From positions 46,807,400 to 46,871,399 of the forward strand of contig JAHRHZ010000019.1 of the NCBI GenBank assembly GCA_024137785.1: 64,000 bases of DNA. The letters are read 5' to 3'. Source of the stretch: Ginglymostoma cirratum. Lineage: Eukaryota. The notes under the pieces were generated by a model, which did not search any database, had not been told where the DNA came from, and saw nothing but the letters and a program-made list of their open reading frames with translations. Within the stretch, counting starts at the first letter, position 1; the number at the start of each line of letters is the position of its first letter. The position numbers and the translations under genes were made by a program. Positions 1-13,025 of the stretch are shown in pieces.

Positions 1-4
1 TCCG

Positions 5-630
5 AGCATTTTTTTTCTCTGTTAATAGTTATTGTATCTATTTCCTGTCCTTTTACCCCTTGAATATTTAGTTATTTTGGGTTGCTATTAGTGTCTTCTG
101 ATGTGAAAATTGATGTAAAGTGCTTATTCTGCTCCTCTACTATTTCCTGATTCCCCATGGTTATTTTCCCTGCCTCATTCTCTAAGGGGCCTATGTTCGA
201 TTTGACTTCTCTCTTCGTTTTTATATATTTAAAGAAACTCTTCTTGATATTACTTGCAAGTTTATCCTTCAAGTTTATTTTCCCCCTTTTTATTATTTTT
301 TTCATTACTTCTATTGGTTTAAAAAAAATCCAGTCCTCTGACTTACCATTAATCTTTGCCACATTGCATGTTTTTCTTTTAATCTGATACTATTCTTAAC
401 CTCCCTGATTATACGCGGTTGGCTTACCCACTTCCTAGGATTCTTCTTCCTCACTAGAATATGTCTTTGCTGTGATCCATGAACTATTTTCTTAAACATC
501 TACCTTTGATACTGAAATGTTTTTGCTGCTTAACTCCTTCCCAGGCAACGCCAGCCAGCTCTGCCCTCATTCTTTTCTACTTCCCCTTATTTCAGCTTAA
601 CTTCCAACCCAAGTACCTCCCTCTCAACCT
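5..630 (-). mobile_element. CR1 LINE ORF2 fragment (EN-RT linker), degenerate
   Basis: ORF 72..362 gives 'SFFKYIKTKR...NIGPLENEAGKITMGNQEIVEEQNKHFTSIFTSED', the typical CR1 ORF2 linker. Confidence 0.85.
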
Positions 631-633
631 GAG

Positions 634-1567
634 ATGACTGTCTGGAACTGTTGTTCAACCTGGAATTCCAATTTACACCTCCTGTCTAAGAGGCCAATCA
701 AAGGAACTAACTTTTACACTTTAGGCTACCCAGTGCAGACATATTGGGACCAACAGAGATACTGGCCATTCAACTTCTATCAAAAACCATTCACATATAC
801 TCTATCAGTCAGGAAACAAATTGACTTCAGAAAGAAACACAGGAAACACAATGGACAACACAGATTTGAGGGAAGATAACAGGCACACAGTCTGTATAAC
901 TGCTAGCCCTGATCTCACCCGAAGGGAAAGCCTTTTTCAATAAGAAGCTTCTACAAAAATAGCTGCCCCACAGGCTTCCAGCACCAAGGAGCAGCTTTGG
1001 AACCAAGAGCCACAGAGGCCGAACAGAGAAGTTGAATCGAGAAGCTAAACCAAGAGCATCATCGGAACAAAGGACATCTGCGAGTTGGGAAGCTAACCAA
1101 GTGCTATCTGAACAAGAGCTTCCAAACACAGGCCTGCTCCGAGCCAAGCGAATCGACAGTAAGAACCTCAGCAACAAGACGTACTTTAAAACTGCGAGTT
1201 CCTCAGTGGTGAGCTGGAACACATGAGACCCCAAGTTCCAACCTAGCTAGCAGGGAGGGGAAGGCACATGGTGACAGTGCATTGGGATCCCAAGGACAGG
1301 AAGCCTGATTAAAAATTCTGTAATTAAAACTGTTGTTTTTAGGTTCTAATAGTTTTTAATCTAGTTAATAGTGTATTTAATAGAATTACTGTTCTGTATA
1401 CTTGATTGTGTCAATTTCCCGTTTATTGTATTTACCTGTATTTCTCGTATTATACTTATATTATAAACACAGAGATTTTTGCCCTGAAACATCTGTCTAC
1501 AGCCTTCTTCATTTCACATTCCCTAAAAAGGTTCAGTGTCTAGAACCAGGGATCTGGGGGTGACACA
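634..1567 (+). mobile_element. Possible solo LTR or unclassified insertion abutting the CR1
   Basis: Abrupt change at the CR1 break; internal imperfect direct repeat (gaagcta(a)accaag...gaacaa near 1041 and 1089); T-rich tract; ends in ...ggggtgacaca like an LTR 3' end; no TSD found. Confidence 0.35.
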
Positions 1568-2979
1568 TAAAAATCAGAAAATTACTGATGGCAAACCAGA
1601 ACCCTACACTACATAGAATTCTAGACTAAAATTAATATTATTTTTGTCGTTCTTATTTATATTTAAAGGCTGATGAAATCTGTGCTATGATGTGGTATTT
1701 TCACTTGTTAAGAATTAAAATTAATATATTTCAAAAACCTCTAGGACATGCCTTCCCAGATTGCTGAGCATTGACTATCTAGACAAGCATCTGGGAAATA
1801 ATGTCATGAAAGCAGGTTACAAATCTAGATAACTTTATTTGCTTACTATTAATCATAAATCATAAAATACCCATCAGGATTAGTCACTTTCAACTCTGGA
1901 AGTGAAAATGATCTCTACAGGAAGGAATTTTAATCAAGCCTTTTGCATAATGGTTCAGAAAAGAGATGTGTATTCTGCCCAGAAACGAAAGGCCACTTGT
2001 TTCAATCTTCATCCAATTGCACAGAACCCTGATGCAGTACTGCATCATCACACCAACAAATAAGCTCCCTCAATTTTCTCAAATTAAAGAAAAAGTTGAA
2101 AGGCACAAAGTGGATTGAAATGACACAGATTGAGTATGCTATGTTACACTGGTATGATGTGACCATCATTTGTTGCCATGACGATCGCTTTCTTCTGTGA
2201 AATCATTTGATGAATCTAGGAAGATGAGAAGTACCAGCTTACCTGCAGTCTGACTCAACTGAAAACGTTTGGTAATCTCAAAAAATGTGGAATTAGATTA
2301 TAAATGTCTTTCCAGTCATAATCTTGAAAACACCACACAGTCAAGAGTGTTATTTCCATACAATTAAATTGATGCTTATCAGCAGTGTTTAAAAACCTTA
2401 ATTGTATATTTCATCATGTGAGAATTGGCTTATATTTACATAAAGGCTGAGTTTTGAATCAAGATTGTAATCAATCCAGTTAAGCATAGAGGCTATTAAA
2501 ATATAGTAGAATTAAATAGAGAAATTAACCATGAATTAGCCTGGGGGAAACTCAAGTGGTGGCTGACAGGAAAATACAGTTAAATCAAAGGAATATATCT
2601 GTTGTTTGGCTCTCAATCCATGACTATTTTAACACTGCTTTATTTTTGGATAATTAAAGTGTCCAAATTACGCAAGTGGGAGCTTCATCAACACATAACA
2701 AGCCAGGATCCTATCTGCAGAGTTGATAACTTGGATTTATATAGCACCTTATATTAGTAACACAGTTCATGCACTGTAAGGCAAGGACCACGGAATGAAA
2801 GTGATACTTTCCAACTCCAGTGGTAAACACCAGTCTATTCAGAAAAAAAAGTCTCTAAATTCCACTAACATGAAATTACAGCCAGAGATTTGACTTCAAT
2901 GTCAAATGATCACAGTAACCCGTAAGCTCGCAAGCTGCCTCAGGATGCCTACTTCAGGCAGCCAGTTTCTCATCAGTTA

Positions 2980-3325
2980 ACACGGTTGACACAGTGGCTA
3001 GCATTGCTGCTTCATAGCTCCAGGAAACCAAGTTCAATTCCACCCTCAGGCGACTGTGTGGAGTTTGCACATTCTCTCCGTGTCTGCATGGGTTTCGTCC
3101 CGGTGCTCTGGTTTCCTCCCACAGTTCAAAGATGTTCAGGTTAGGTCGTTTATCCATGCTTAGTTGCCATAGAGTCCAGGGATCTACAGGCTAAGTGGAT
3201 TAGCCATGGAAAGTGCAGGGTTACACGGATAGAGTAGGGGAATGCATCTGGGTGGTTTGTTGTTTGGATGGTCAGTGTGGACTTGATGGGCTGAATGGCC
3301 TGCTTCCACACTATAGTGATGCTAT
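2980..3325 (+). mobile_element. HE1-type (V-domain) tRNA-derived SINE
   Basis: A-box-like cagtggctagc, B-box-like gttcaattcc, V-domain tgtgtggagtttgcacattctc...gtttcctcccacag, CR1-like tail cttccacactatagtgatgctatg. Confidence 0.9.
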
Positions 3326-3429
3326 GCTTCTCTTGCATTCAGAAGCCATTCATTTAGATTAGAAATTTGCACAAGCCACTCACAATTCAAGGACATTCTG
3401 CATTATCTTAAGTTGGAACGGTCAGTTTA

Positions 3430-4230
3430 AAATGTTACGTTTTAGTGTTACATTTGTAACAAGGTGGGTAATGTGACATTTTATCTGCTTTAGACCTGAA
3501 AGGATAGAATAAGATATCTTCTATATGGTGAAAATCTAGAAAGGGAAGAAGTCCATACAGACCTGGAGGACATCTGGGAACATAGACTATTAATGTGTCA
3601 TGAACAGGTACAGAAAATAATTGAAAATGTTAAAAGAATGTCAGTCTTTATATCTATAAGAATACTATAGCTACATAGAGCCGTAATCAGAGCGCATTTG
3701 GATTATTGTGAGCATTCTGAACATCATATCTCAGGAAAGATGTATTGATCTTGGAGGTGCTGCAGTGCAGATTATTCTGAATGGATCCTACATTTCAAGA
3801 GTCAAGTCATGAAAAGAGATTACACAAATTAAGGTTGTATTCCCTTGAAATTAAAATGTTCTGGAGTTGTTGGATCACAACTTATGACATTAAGGGAAAC
3901 AGATTGGGTGGATAGAGAGAAACTGTTTCCATTGCTTTTGAACTCAAGGACTTAGAAAGCATAGTTGAAAAATAAGAGACAGCCTCTTCACAATGAAATT
4001 AGGAAATACATCTGCACAGGAATGCATTTTGGCAATCTCTTCCTCAAACAGTAATTGATGTTAGATCAGGTGTTAGTTTTTATTCTGAGATTGATAGTGT
4101 TTTGTTCATCAAAAGTGTTATGAGACATTGCAATGAGGGACAAAGTCAGGTCCCAGATCAGCCACTATATTGTAGAACAATGGAACAGGTAAGCATAGCT
4201 AAATAGTCTCCTTCTGCTCCTATATTCCTT
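3430..4230 (+). mobile_element. Old CR1 LINE 3' fragment
   Basis: Similar to the CR1 3' regions at 15900-16700 and 53960-54480; ends in ...cttctgctcctatattcctta. Confidence 0.75.
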
Positions 4231-4294
4231 ACAAGTGAAGCCCTGCACTGACAGCATGTTAATTGCTGGATTCATTGCAACAGGAACTCTCTCC

Positions 4295-4445
4295 TACAAA
4301 CTCTGCACTGGCAAAGACTCCATCTTTCAGATAAGATGCTGAACTGAGACTTCATCTGTCCTCTTATGTGGATCCCATGACACTATTTCATATCAAGTTG
4401 GAAATTCTCTCCAGGATCCTCACCAACATACACACCAAAAATAAT
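4295..4445 (+). mobile_element. Deu-domain SINE fragment (SacSINE1/AmnSINE1-like)
   Basis: catctttcagataagatgctgaactgag...gtggatcccatgacactatttc...ttctctccagg resembles the Deu central domain. Confidence 0.55.
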
Positions 4446-4599
4446 CTCAATGGCTGGATGTTACATGCCCCTAGTGGGCGTGTTTTCAAGAGAAGGATAC
4501 AGATAAAATGGAATATGTGCCTAGCCCATCACCTTCCAACATAACTCTAAGCTCACCACTACAATCAATCTTTACTGCATACATCACCAGATAACTACA

Positions 4600-5525
4600 T
4601 CTCTGCCCCTAGCCAAGTTGTATCAGTACAGCTACAAACTGAGATTTACCCAACAATTTTGAGAATCTCCCAAGTATGTCCCTTGCACAAAAGTAGGGCA
4701 AATCCAACCCCAGAGATTACCATCCCATGATCCTACTGTTAATCATCAGTAGACTGATGGAAGTGTTCGTCAGTTGTGTTATCAAGCAGCACTTGCTTAG
4801 CAATAACATGTATAGTGATGCTCACTTCAGATTCTGTCAGGGCCACACAGCTAGTGACCTCATTATAGGCCTGATTCAAACATGGACAAAAGGAATGAAT
4901 TCAAGAGGTGAAGTGACAATAATTGTCCTTAGCATAAAACATTTGACTGAGTGTGGCATCAAGGAGCCCTTGGCAAAACTGGAGTCAATGGAAGTCAGGG
5001 GAATCTCTCCATTGATTGGAGAAATATATGTGGCAAAAAGGATGTAACAATCACCCCTTGTCATTCAATGGCATTACCGCTAATGAATCCCCCACTATCA
5101 ACTTCATGGAAGTTAGTATTGCCTAGCCATATAAATACAATGGTTACAGGAGCAGGTCAGAAGATGGAGATATATCAGTGAGTATCTCGTCCTGACTTCC
5201 CAAAGCCTACCCACAATTTACAAGGCACAAGTCAGGAGTGTGATGGAATTCTTACCACTTTCCTGGATGAGTAAAACTCCAACAACACTTAAGAAGCTTG
5301 ATACCATACAGGACAATGCAACCTGTTTGATTGGTATCACATCCATAAATGCCTACACGCTCCACCATCAGTGTTTTGTTGCAGCAATCTGTACCATCTA
5401 CAAGATACACTGCCGAAATTCACCAAGATTCTTTAATCAGTACCTTACTAATCTTCAATCACTTCCATCTAGGGGGACCAGAGTAGCAGATACATGGGAT
5501 AACCACCACCTTCACGTCTCCTCCG
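4600..5525 (+). mobile_element. CR1/L2-group LINE ('family B') RT and 3' fragment with deletions
   Basis: 'RFCQGHTASDLIIGLIQTWTK', 'WHQGALGK', 'MEFLPLSWMSKTPTTLKKLDTIQDNATCLI'; same family as 26165-27080 and 39897-42725. Confidence 0.85.
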
Positions 5526-6809
5526 TACTGGTCACTTTCTTGCCTGGTTTGCCGAAGTAACAATAGTCACGACACTGGGAAATAAAGTTGGATGATTTGC
5601 TATATTGAAGAATTTATTCTACCAACAATCTTCTGGCAGAAAACTATTGGTTTATTGGACACATGCTGGCAGCAGTATGTGCTATAGCTGTTTTAATTGC
5701 CAGGCCTCACTATACCAAATAATCATTTCAGCTTCCTGATTGTAAGGACTAAAGCCACCACATGCGTGGTGAGCAAGGGAACAAAAGATACCACTGATAA
5801 TTAATGTGTTGTTCAGCAGAAGACTGCTCAATGTGAGAGGTTTCACTTCAAAATATTTGATTCAGAAGTGTTAAAGTACTGAAAATGAAGACAGATTATA
5901 TCTTCTCTGAGCTCCTCTTCATTGCAGAGATGATTGTATCTTAATGACTCTTGATAGCTCCATCTGAAAGAGCTTTTTGATCACTAGGTCATTTTACCTG
6001 TGAATGTCATAGCATACCAAAGCTGATAATGTTTGATTTGGGCACCTGTCATCAAGTAACTAGAAGGTTATTTAAAGCTGGAGGATGCAATGAGTCGAGT
6101 GGAATGCTTCACAAATACACAATTGGTACCTTCAATATTTTTTCCTTCCAAAATTAAAGAAACAATTTAGCGAACTGCCACTTCATTAAAGATGATGGGA
6201 TGAATCTTAACATGCATGAGCAGGTGCTTATGGGAGCAGCGAGGGATTAAAAGCATCTGATTTGACACTGTATTTTGAAATCTGCTCCATTGAATTCTAC
6301 TTTTAAATGCAACAGGATAATTTGGGTGCGAGCAGCTTTCTTACACATTTCCTGGAAGCTGACAGTCAAAGTGAATTGGGAACACAGCACCAACTGATGT
6401 GAGAGAAGAGGAAAGAGGGTGGCTGAAAATGCTGCACGAGATTATGCCAACAGCACTCATCTGACAGCTGCCTGTGTGTGAAAGATTTTGTTTGCTTGGT
6501 TGAGAAGCTAAGTATTACAGTTTTAGAGGTTTGTACGTCTGATTTCCACTTTGAGCTTCTGATTTATCAGATCAGCATGGATACTGCTTATGCTGTTTCA
6601 CTTTGGACCTCCGATAATACCAGGATGACCAGCAGATTCAACAGGAGCAGCAGGAAAATGTTTATAGTGCACCAGCAGAAACAGCAACAAAAATGCTATG
6701 ATCACAATTTATGGTGCGACTGGCTTCATAACCATGAACTTTACTTTTACAATTTGGTTACTGTGGTGGTCAGTCACTAAAGATATTCACAAGAGGCTGC
6801 CCATTTACT

Positions 6810-7157
6810 TAGAATCATAGAATCCCTACATTGTGGAAGCAGGCCATTCAGCCCATCGAGTCCACACCGACCCTCCGAAGAACATCCCACCCAGACCCAC
6901 ACTCCTATCCCATCCCTGTAACCCTGCGTTTCCCATGGCTAATCCACCTAGACACTATGGGCAATTTAGCATGGCCAATCCACCTAACCTTCATATCTTT
7001 GGACTGTGGGAGGAAACCGAAGCACCCAAAGGAAACCCTCACAGGCACGGGGAGAAGGTACAAACTCCACACAGACTGTCATCCAAGGGTGAAATCAAAC
7101 ATGTGCTCCCAGTGCTATGAGGCAGCAGCGCTGACCACTGAGCCACCATGCCACCTC
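6810..7157 (-). mobile_element. HE1-type V-SINE
   Basis: Reverse complement starts ggtggcatggtggctcagtggtcagc, has the V-domain, and ends tgtagggattctatgattcta. Confidence 0.92.
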
Positions 7158-7246
7158 TTCTAACAAAAACAAATTTAAAGTTTATTGTATATAACAGGGA
7201 AAAATGAACTATTTTACAGCATAGAACTAAGTGAAATAATTTTATT

Positions 7247-7406
7247 ACAAATATCAGAAATAGAGATTCAACCATTTTACCCTCAACAAATATCAGAAAT
7301 ATAGATGCAACCATTTTACCCTCAACAAATATCAGAAATAGAGATTCAACCATTTTACCCTCAACAAATATCAGAAATAGAGATTCAACCATTTTAGCCT
7401 CAACAA
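7247..7406. repeat. Minisatellite, 39-bp unit x4
   Basis: acaaatatcagaaatagagattcaaccattttaccctca starts at 7247, 7286, 7325 and 7364 with few mismatches. Confidence 0.97.
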
Positions 7407-8739
7407 CAACACTCAGAGGTACTCAAACCTCAATGAACGCTCACCCTCTGTCCACTTTAAATTGCCTTGTTCAGTTGCTAGGGCTGTAATTGATTTCTTT
7501 CCAGCAAAGTTCTGCATTCACTCAACGCTCTCTTCATTGGTTAATGTCTCTTCATGACACTGTTATACAAACTGCTAACACGGCCCAATTATTCCTTAGC
7601 CCATGTTCTTTAAATGCATGCATTTAATAGCCTTGTAGAATGTCTCCCTCACCAATACCTTACAGCCTTCTATTTCTCTAATGTTTCTCTCACTAACTTC
7701 TAAGTGAATCAGGACTCTTTCCTTTTGCCTGCCTTTTTTAGAGACTGCTAAATAGCATTGTTGATATTACAGAACATTTCTCTCCGAATAAGCTGCTTCT
7801 CTCTGAAAGAAACCTACTCGTTCACTAACCTTCTGGATGATTCTCTATTTTTGTAAAAAGAAGCTCATTTCATTCATCTTCAATAGGACACCTTGTTGAG
7901 AGGCAACAGCACATTATTTTTGCTTTATTAAACCTTTATTTTCTGAAGCCAAGAAGTTTCCTTTAAAGCCTCATTTATGTGCATTGAAACAACGTTACAA
8001 ACATCAGTTACCACTCACAGAACTCAAAAGTGAAATTAAAACAATAACTATCCTTCTTAACCCACACAATATAGAAATGCAAATGAAACTTATATCCATG
8101 CATGGTTCTGTCCATTGTGGAACTCAATTTGCCAAATAATTGTCATCACAATAGGAACAGCAGGAGCAATAAATCCCACTTCTCATAGACCTGTAGCTTC
8201 ACCAAAGAGAGGGAATGGCCATATAGGGGTACTGCTCACAGGAGGCCATTCCCACCACACTATATCAGGGTACACTTCATCACCCCTGAAAACCAATGTC
8301 TCAGGAGATTCAGAGTCTCCTATTGGTTAGTGGTAGAAATTTGCCACCTGCTGGAACAAGACTTTAAGCTAAGTGGATCTGGTGGCACGCTTTACCACTA
8401 TGTTAGCATACCAGGTTGTCAAAGTCATTACCCCATCAACTTGCTTGACTTGGCTGTGCAGAAGACCTTTAAAAACTCTCTCAGTCAGCAGGCCATATAA
8501 TTCATAAAAACAGGTGACTGTGTGGATGTTTGCCTTCTCTAAAATTATGTCTACTTTGCCAATGATGCCAGTTAGGGTGAGTGAGTGCTTGGTTTTGTAG
8601 TTCTAGCTGATGCAGAACATACACATGCTGACTGCATGGAGGTTATTAATTAGGCAACCCTCAATCACCCAGGAACATTCATCAAGTACAAGGGTGCCTC
8701 TTTAACAATAAGCAGCTGATGTATAACCCATAAAAAAGT

Positions 8740-9960
8740 TATAATTATGTAATTGCTTTAATATAATAAAATGTTCCAAGGCTTTTCAGAGGTGTGACAG
8801 CGATTTTAAGGAAGGTTACCAAAAGCTGGAATGAAGCCGAATGCTATGAAGCAACATCTTATTGAAGGAAAGAGAGATAGGATGAGGAATAGAGATCGAA
8901 TTCCACGGCTTAAAGCCTTGGTAGCTGTAAACAACAATATTGCTACTCTTAAAATTGGGATGCTCACGGTATGAGAATTCCGGAATGCAAACATCTCACA
9001 GATATCTCAAAGGATTTTATGAATGGAGAGTGTCCAGAGGTGGCTGAGGCAAGGCAAAATCAGGATTTGCAAACAAGGATGAGAACTTTAAATTCTAGAC
9101 ATTATTTTGCTGGGATCTGATGTATGTTGGCAAGGATGGGTTGATGGACGAATGAGACTTGGTGTGAATTTGGACACTGGCAGCTCTGTTTTGGATAAGA
9201 AAGGTTTTAGAAAATGGAAAGCAGGCAACATTGCAGGAGCATCAGAGATAGTAAGAACTGCCGATGCTGGAGTCAGAGATAACACAGGGTGGAGCTGGAT
9301 GAACATAGCAGGCCAGAAAGCATCTGCATTCTGACTCCAGCATTGGCAGTTCTTACTGTCTCTGAGTGAGTTATAACCCCACTGCGAAACCGGATGCTGC
9401 CTGGCCTGCTGTGTTCCTCCAGCTCCATACTGTGTTATTGCAGGAGCATGTTAGAATAGTTGAGTCTGGAAGTAACAAATGCATGGATAGCAGTTTCAGC
9501 AGTAGATGAGCTAAGGGGTAAAAGCAGGGTGATGTTTGTAACTAAAATAGGAAGCATTAGTGATGGTATGGAAATGTGATCAGAAGGTCATCTTGGGGTT
9601 AAATGCTGGAATTGTTTCTGGTTCAGGCTCAGACAGTTGCCAGGGAGTGGGATGGATTGGAGAATGGATTTTTGTATCAGGGACTGAAAACAATGGCTTC
9701 AGTCTAGTTGGGGAGGAAAATTCTGCTCATACAGCGCTGGAAGTCGCACAGCAGTCAGACAATGTGGAGACAGGGGAGGGTTGAAGAGAGGTGGTGGTAT
9801 CACAAAGCTGCAAGTGATCGACATAGATGCAGAAACTGATGCTGTGTTTTGAGATGATGTTGCTGAGGGGCAGCACAAAGATGAGAAAAAAGGGTGGGCC
9901 AAGGATAAATCATTGACGGGCACAGTGCTGAAGTGGGAAGAGAAGTCATTGCAGATGGCT
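8740..9960 (-). mobile_element. L2 LINE 3' fragment nested in the Harbinger
   Basis: Reverse strand has an L2-type 3' region (aaagttctcatccttgtttgcaaatcc) and a decayed GVPQGSILGPLLF at ~9885-9925. Confidence 0.7.
9243..9436. mobile_element. Penelope-derived fold-back mini-insert
   Basis: Inverted pLTR end pieces; 13-bp TSD attgcaggagcat at 9230-9242 and 9437-9449. Confidence 0.85.
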
Positions 9961-10669
9961 TAACGCAGATGCAGTGGTGTAATGGTAACTCAACAAATGA
10001 GGTCAGCCAGCAATTTAATGAAAGCCGTTAACCAAGCAATCAACATGATGAAGATGTGTTCAAGTTCCTCCAGATATCTGGAGATCACTTCAGTATTCAC
10101 CAACTTCGATCTCTAGAACCTGTTGAGATGTGCCGCACTTGGCACAATGTTACACAGCAAAGATGTATGGACCTGCAGGAAGAACGAGGCATCAAGCATA
10201 GAGCCTCTTCAGATAATACTGAGAAGAAGCAAGAAGATGAGCTGGAAAAACAACTTCCACCAGTTCCCGTGATTCACTTCAAGAACCTGTGGGAGATTAA
10301 GGACATGAATGAGAGCTGCCAAGGTAAGAATGCTTTAAGTAATCATTATGCTTATGATCATAATTCACTCATTGCTAACATCAAATCATCAAGAGACCTA
10401 AAGTAATGGCATGTGTTGCACTGATGGAAGGAAAACATTTGTTTAGGGTGACTTTGAAGAAACTGCACGGTATCGCAAAATGGTGATGGCTAGTTTCAGT
10501 GATAAACGAACAGGAAGGGATGTGAGGAAGCACGTAGAGAGAAAGGATGTGTACAGCTGCTATGTAAGTTAATATGAAAGAATATAGCACTCAATTAAGC
10601 TTGAAAAACTAAATGAAATGGATTGAGGTGATACGTTTATCAGAATAATGATGAATGTACCGCTATACT

Positions 10670-10850
10670 TTTCTTTCCTATCCTTCTTCTGTCATTAAAC
10701 CACTTTAGGCTTTAATTCCAAGAACATGGCACCACAACCTATCTGCTGCAGACCTCCTTCTTCCCTCCAGTCACAGCTTCTCGGTATTACTGGCTGGCTC
10801 TTCCCATTTGCACTCTGTCATTTATTTGATCCAATAGAATTTCTGAATGT
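10670..10850 (-). pseudogene. Harbinger Myb/SANT DNA-binding gene remnant
   Basis: Reverse strand 'QQIG...KWFNDRRRIGK' resembles the (QCR)KRFND motif; convergent with the transposase. Confidence 0.45.
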
Positions 10851-10994
10851 GTTGGGGAAAAAGGATGTTTGGGTGAAAATCTTACTACTTTCCAGAAATA
10901 ACTTCTCGTTTCACACCTCTTTGTGCTTCACCACATGCTTCTTTCATCTTGATATTCAGGAAGTGCATTTTTCTAGGGATAGGAAGGGCATTAA

Positions 10995-11357
10995 GGGAGG
11001 CAAAGGCCTAGTGGCATTGTTGCTAGACTATTAATCCAGAGACCCAGGTAACATCCTGGGCAAATGGGTTTGAATCTTGCCATGGCAGCTGGTGGAGTTT
11101 GCATTGAATTAAAAAAAAATATGAATTAAAAATTTAGTGATGACCCATGAAGCCATTGTTGATTTTTGGTAAAACCCCATTTGTTCACTAATGTCTTTTA
11201 AGGAAGGAAACTGTCATCCTTACCAGGTCTGGCCTACATGTGGTTCCAGACCCACAGCGATGTTGACTCTTAAACTGCCCTCTGGGCAATTAGGGATGGG
11301 CAATAAATGCTGGCCTAGCCAGTGATGCTTCCAACCTGTGAAGGAATGAAAAAAAAA
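10995..11357 (+). mobile_element. tRNA-headed SINE sharing head and tail with LINE family B
   Basis: A box ggcctagtgg, B box gggtttgaatc, tail gggcaattagggatgggcaataaatgctggcc...gaa(a)n. Confidence 0.88.
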
Positions 11358-12225
11358 TCTCCACAAGTATCCCTCTGGAAAAAAAAGCCAGTTTTTATTT
11401 AAAACGAGCCATCAGCAGTGCCTTTGAAAGCTGTCAATGGAATGTGAATGGGGCACGCTTCCTTCATATTCATCCAAAAACTGTAAAGAGGTGGAACTGG
11501 GCTTGGAGTAGTTAGATTTTAACGTAACTATTCTCATAGCATTTCACAGTAATAACTGACAAGGTCATCACAACCATCTGACATTAATATGTGACTGAAG
11601 AGCTCATTTATGTCACTGTATTTTAAATCAATGTGTTAACCAGGAGCCATCTCTGAAACAAATAATTGCAAAAGTAATGAGTCTGATTGAGTTATATTAT
11701 AATTACTGCATTAATGAAATTGATAATCATATTGGAAAGGCTGAGTTTTAATTTAAATATTAATGAATAATCATTGTATAAGTTGAAAGACACTCCCCCG
11801 TGAGAAAGTGCAGTTTCAGCTAAACTTGTTCAAACCAGGGGCCCTTTCTGGAATCCTGAGAAGGCCCATGAGACTCTTCACCAGGGCCTTGCAAGTGCCT
11901 TTCTTAATAAATAAGTTATTCAGGATTAGATTAGGGGACAGCGGAAGGAAACCACACTGAAACACTGAGACTGGACGGTTCCAGCAGAGAAAAATAAAGA
12001 AAAATCCAGCCCAATGTATCTAATAACAGTTCAAGCAGATGCTCCCAAACTATGTGTCCTGACCCATAGAGAGGCCTTGAGATGAGGAATTGGGATCCCA
12101 AACTCCAAGGTGTCTATGACAGGTATGGAACAGAGACTCAACCATAACAGTGCTAACATTGGCTGCAACCCCCACTTTAAATGTTCATAACTTATTAAGC
12201 CTGTGGGCATGATCTAATCATGTAG

Positions 12226-12560
12226 GGGGAGGCAATGGCCTAGTGGTATTATCACTGGACTATTAAACCAGAAATCCTGGTAATGTCCCAGCGACTGGAG
12301 TTTGAATCCTGCCATGGTAGATGGTGGAATCTGGGGGAGAAAAAGGTCTGGAAGAAAGAGTATAATGGTCTCTGTGATTGTCGATTGTTGGGAAAAACCT
12401 ATTTGAAACTGCCATCCTTCCCTAGTCTGGCTTTTATGTGACTCCAGACCAAAAGCAGTGTGGTTTACTCTTAAACTGCCCTCTGGATAATTAGGGATAG
12501 GCAATAAATGCTGGCCTAGCCAGCAACATCTTCATCCCATGAATGAATTGTTTTAAAAAA
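12226..12560 (+). mobile_element. tRNA-headed SINE, same family as 10995-11357
   Basis: gggaggcaatggcctagtggt head, gagtttgaatcc B box, ggcaataaatgctggcctagccagc tail. Confidence 0.88.
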
Positions 12561-12576
12561 TCAACTGATATCTAAG

Positions 12577-12719
12577 ACAAAGTTCTGAGGAAGGGTCACC
12601 AGACCTGAAACTTTAACTCTGTTTTTTTTTTCTTTCACCGATGCTGCCAGACCTACTGAGCTTTTCTAGCAACTTTTATTTGTTCCTGATTTACAGCATC
12701 CGCAGTCCTTTTGGTTTTT
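12577..12719 (+). mobile_element. Penelope pLTR 3' end with hammerhead motif
   Basis: agtt-ctgagga-a-gggtcaccagacct-gaaac-ttt-aact; 14-bp TSD aactgat(a/t)tctaag. Confidence 0.85.
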
Positions 12720-13025
12720 AACTGATTTCTAAGGCCTGATTACTAACACCAATAAACCCTGTAAGATGGTAGATGCCTTCGTTGTTTATGATGCCTATCC
12801 CTGCTGTACATACATTCCCAACATTCCCACCCTCCCCCCCTCCCCCCATCACACCATCTCCCACAATTTTCACTGTGTGGTCTCACCAAGTACGGAGCAT
12901 TAAAATGGGGATCACAACAGAACAAACAGAACTACTGCATCAAGAAAATACTAAATCAAAAATCTTAGCTATGACTCAGTGTGATAGTCATGCAGAGGTT
13001 CTGTAAGGTTACTTTGATAGCCCAG

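Larger units (their letters stand above)
8200..10330 (+). pseudogene. Degenerate PIF/Harbinger (HARBI1-like) DDE transposase, split by an L2 insertion
   Basis: 8240-8365 'RRPFPPHYIRVH...ENQCLRRFRVS...EICHLLEQD'; 'VKVIT', 'SQSAGH', 'ADCM', 'FIKYKG' to ~8730; C-terminus resumes ~9995 ('FLQISGDHFS', 'CRTWHNVTQQR' plus acidic tail). Confidence 0.75.

Noticed and set aside
2243-2325. Minus-strand exon candidate ending cag|gtaag
   Set aside because: All three frames have stops from the best acceptor; no other support
7247-7406. CRISPR-like array
   Set aside because: Head-to-tail units with no unique spacers, no cas genes, eukaryotic context
10995-11085. tRNA genes at SINE heads (also 2980, 7140, 12226, 38400)
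   Set aside because: Only A/B boxes; no cloverleaf, and each continues into a SINE body
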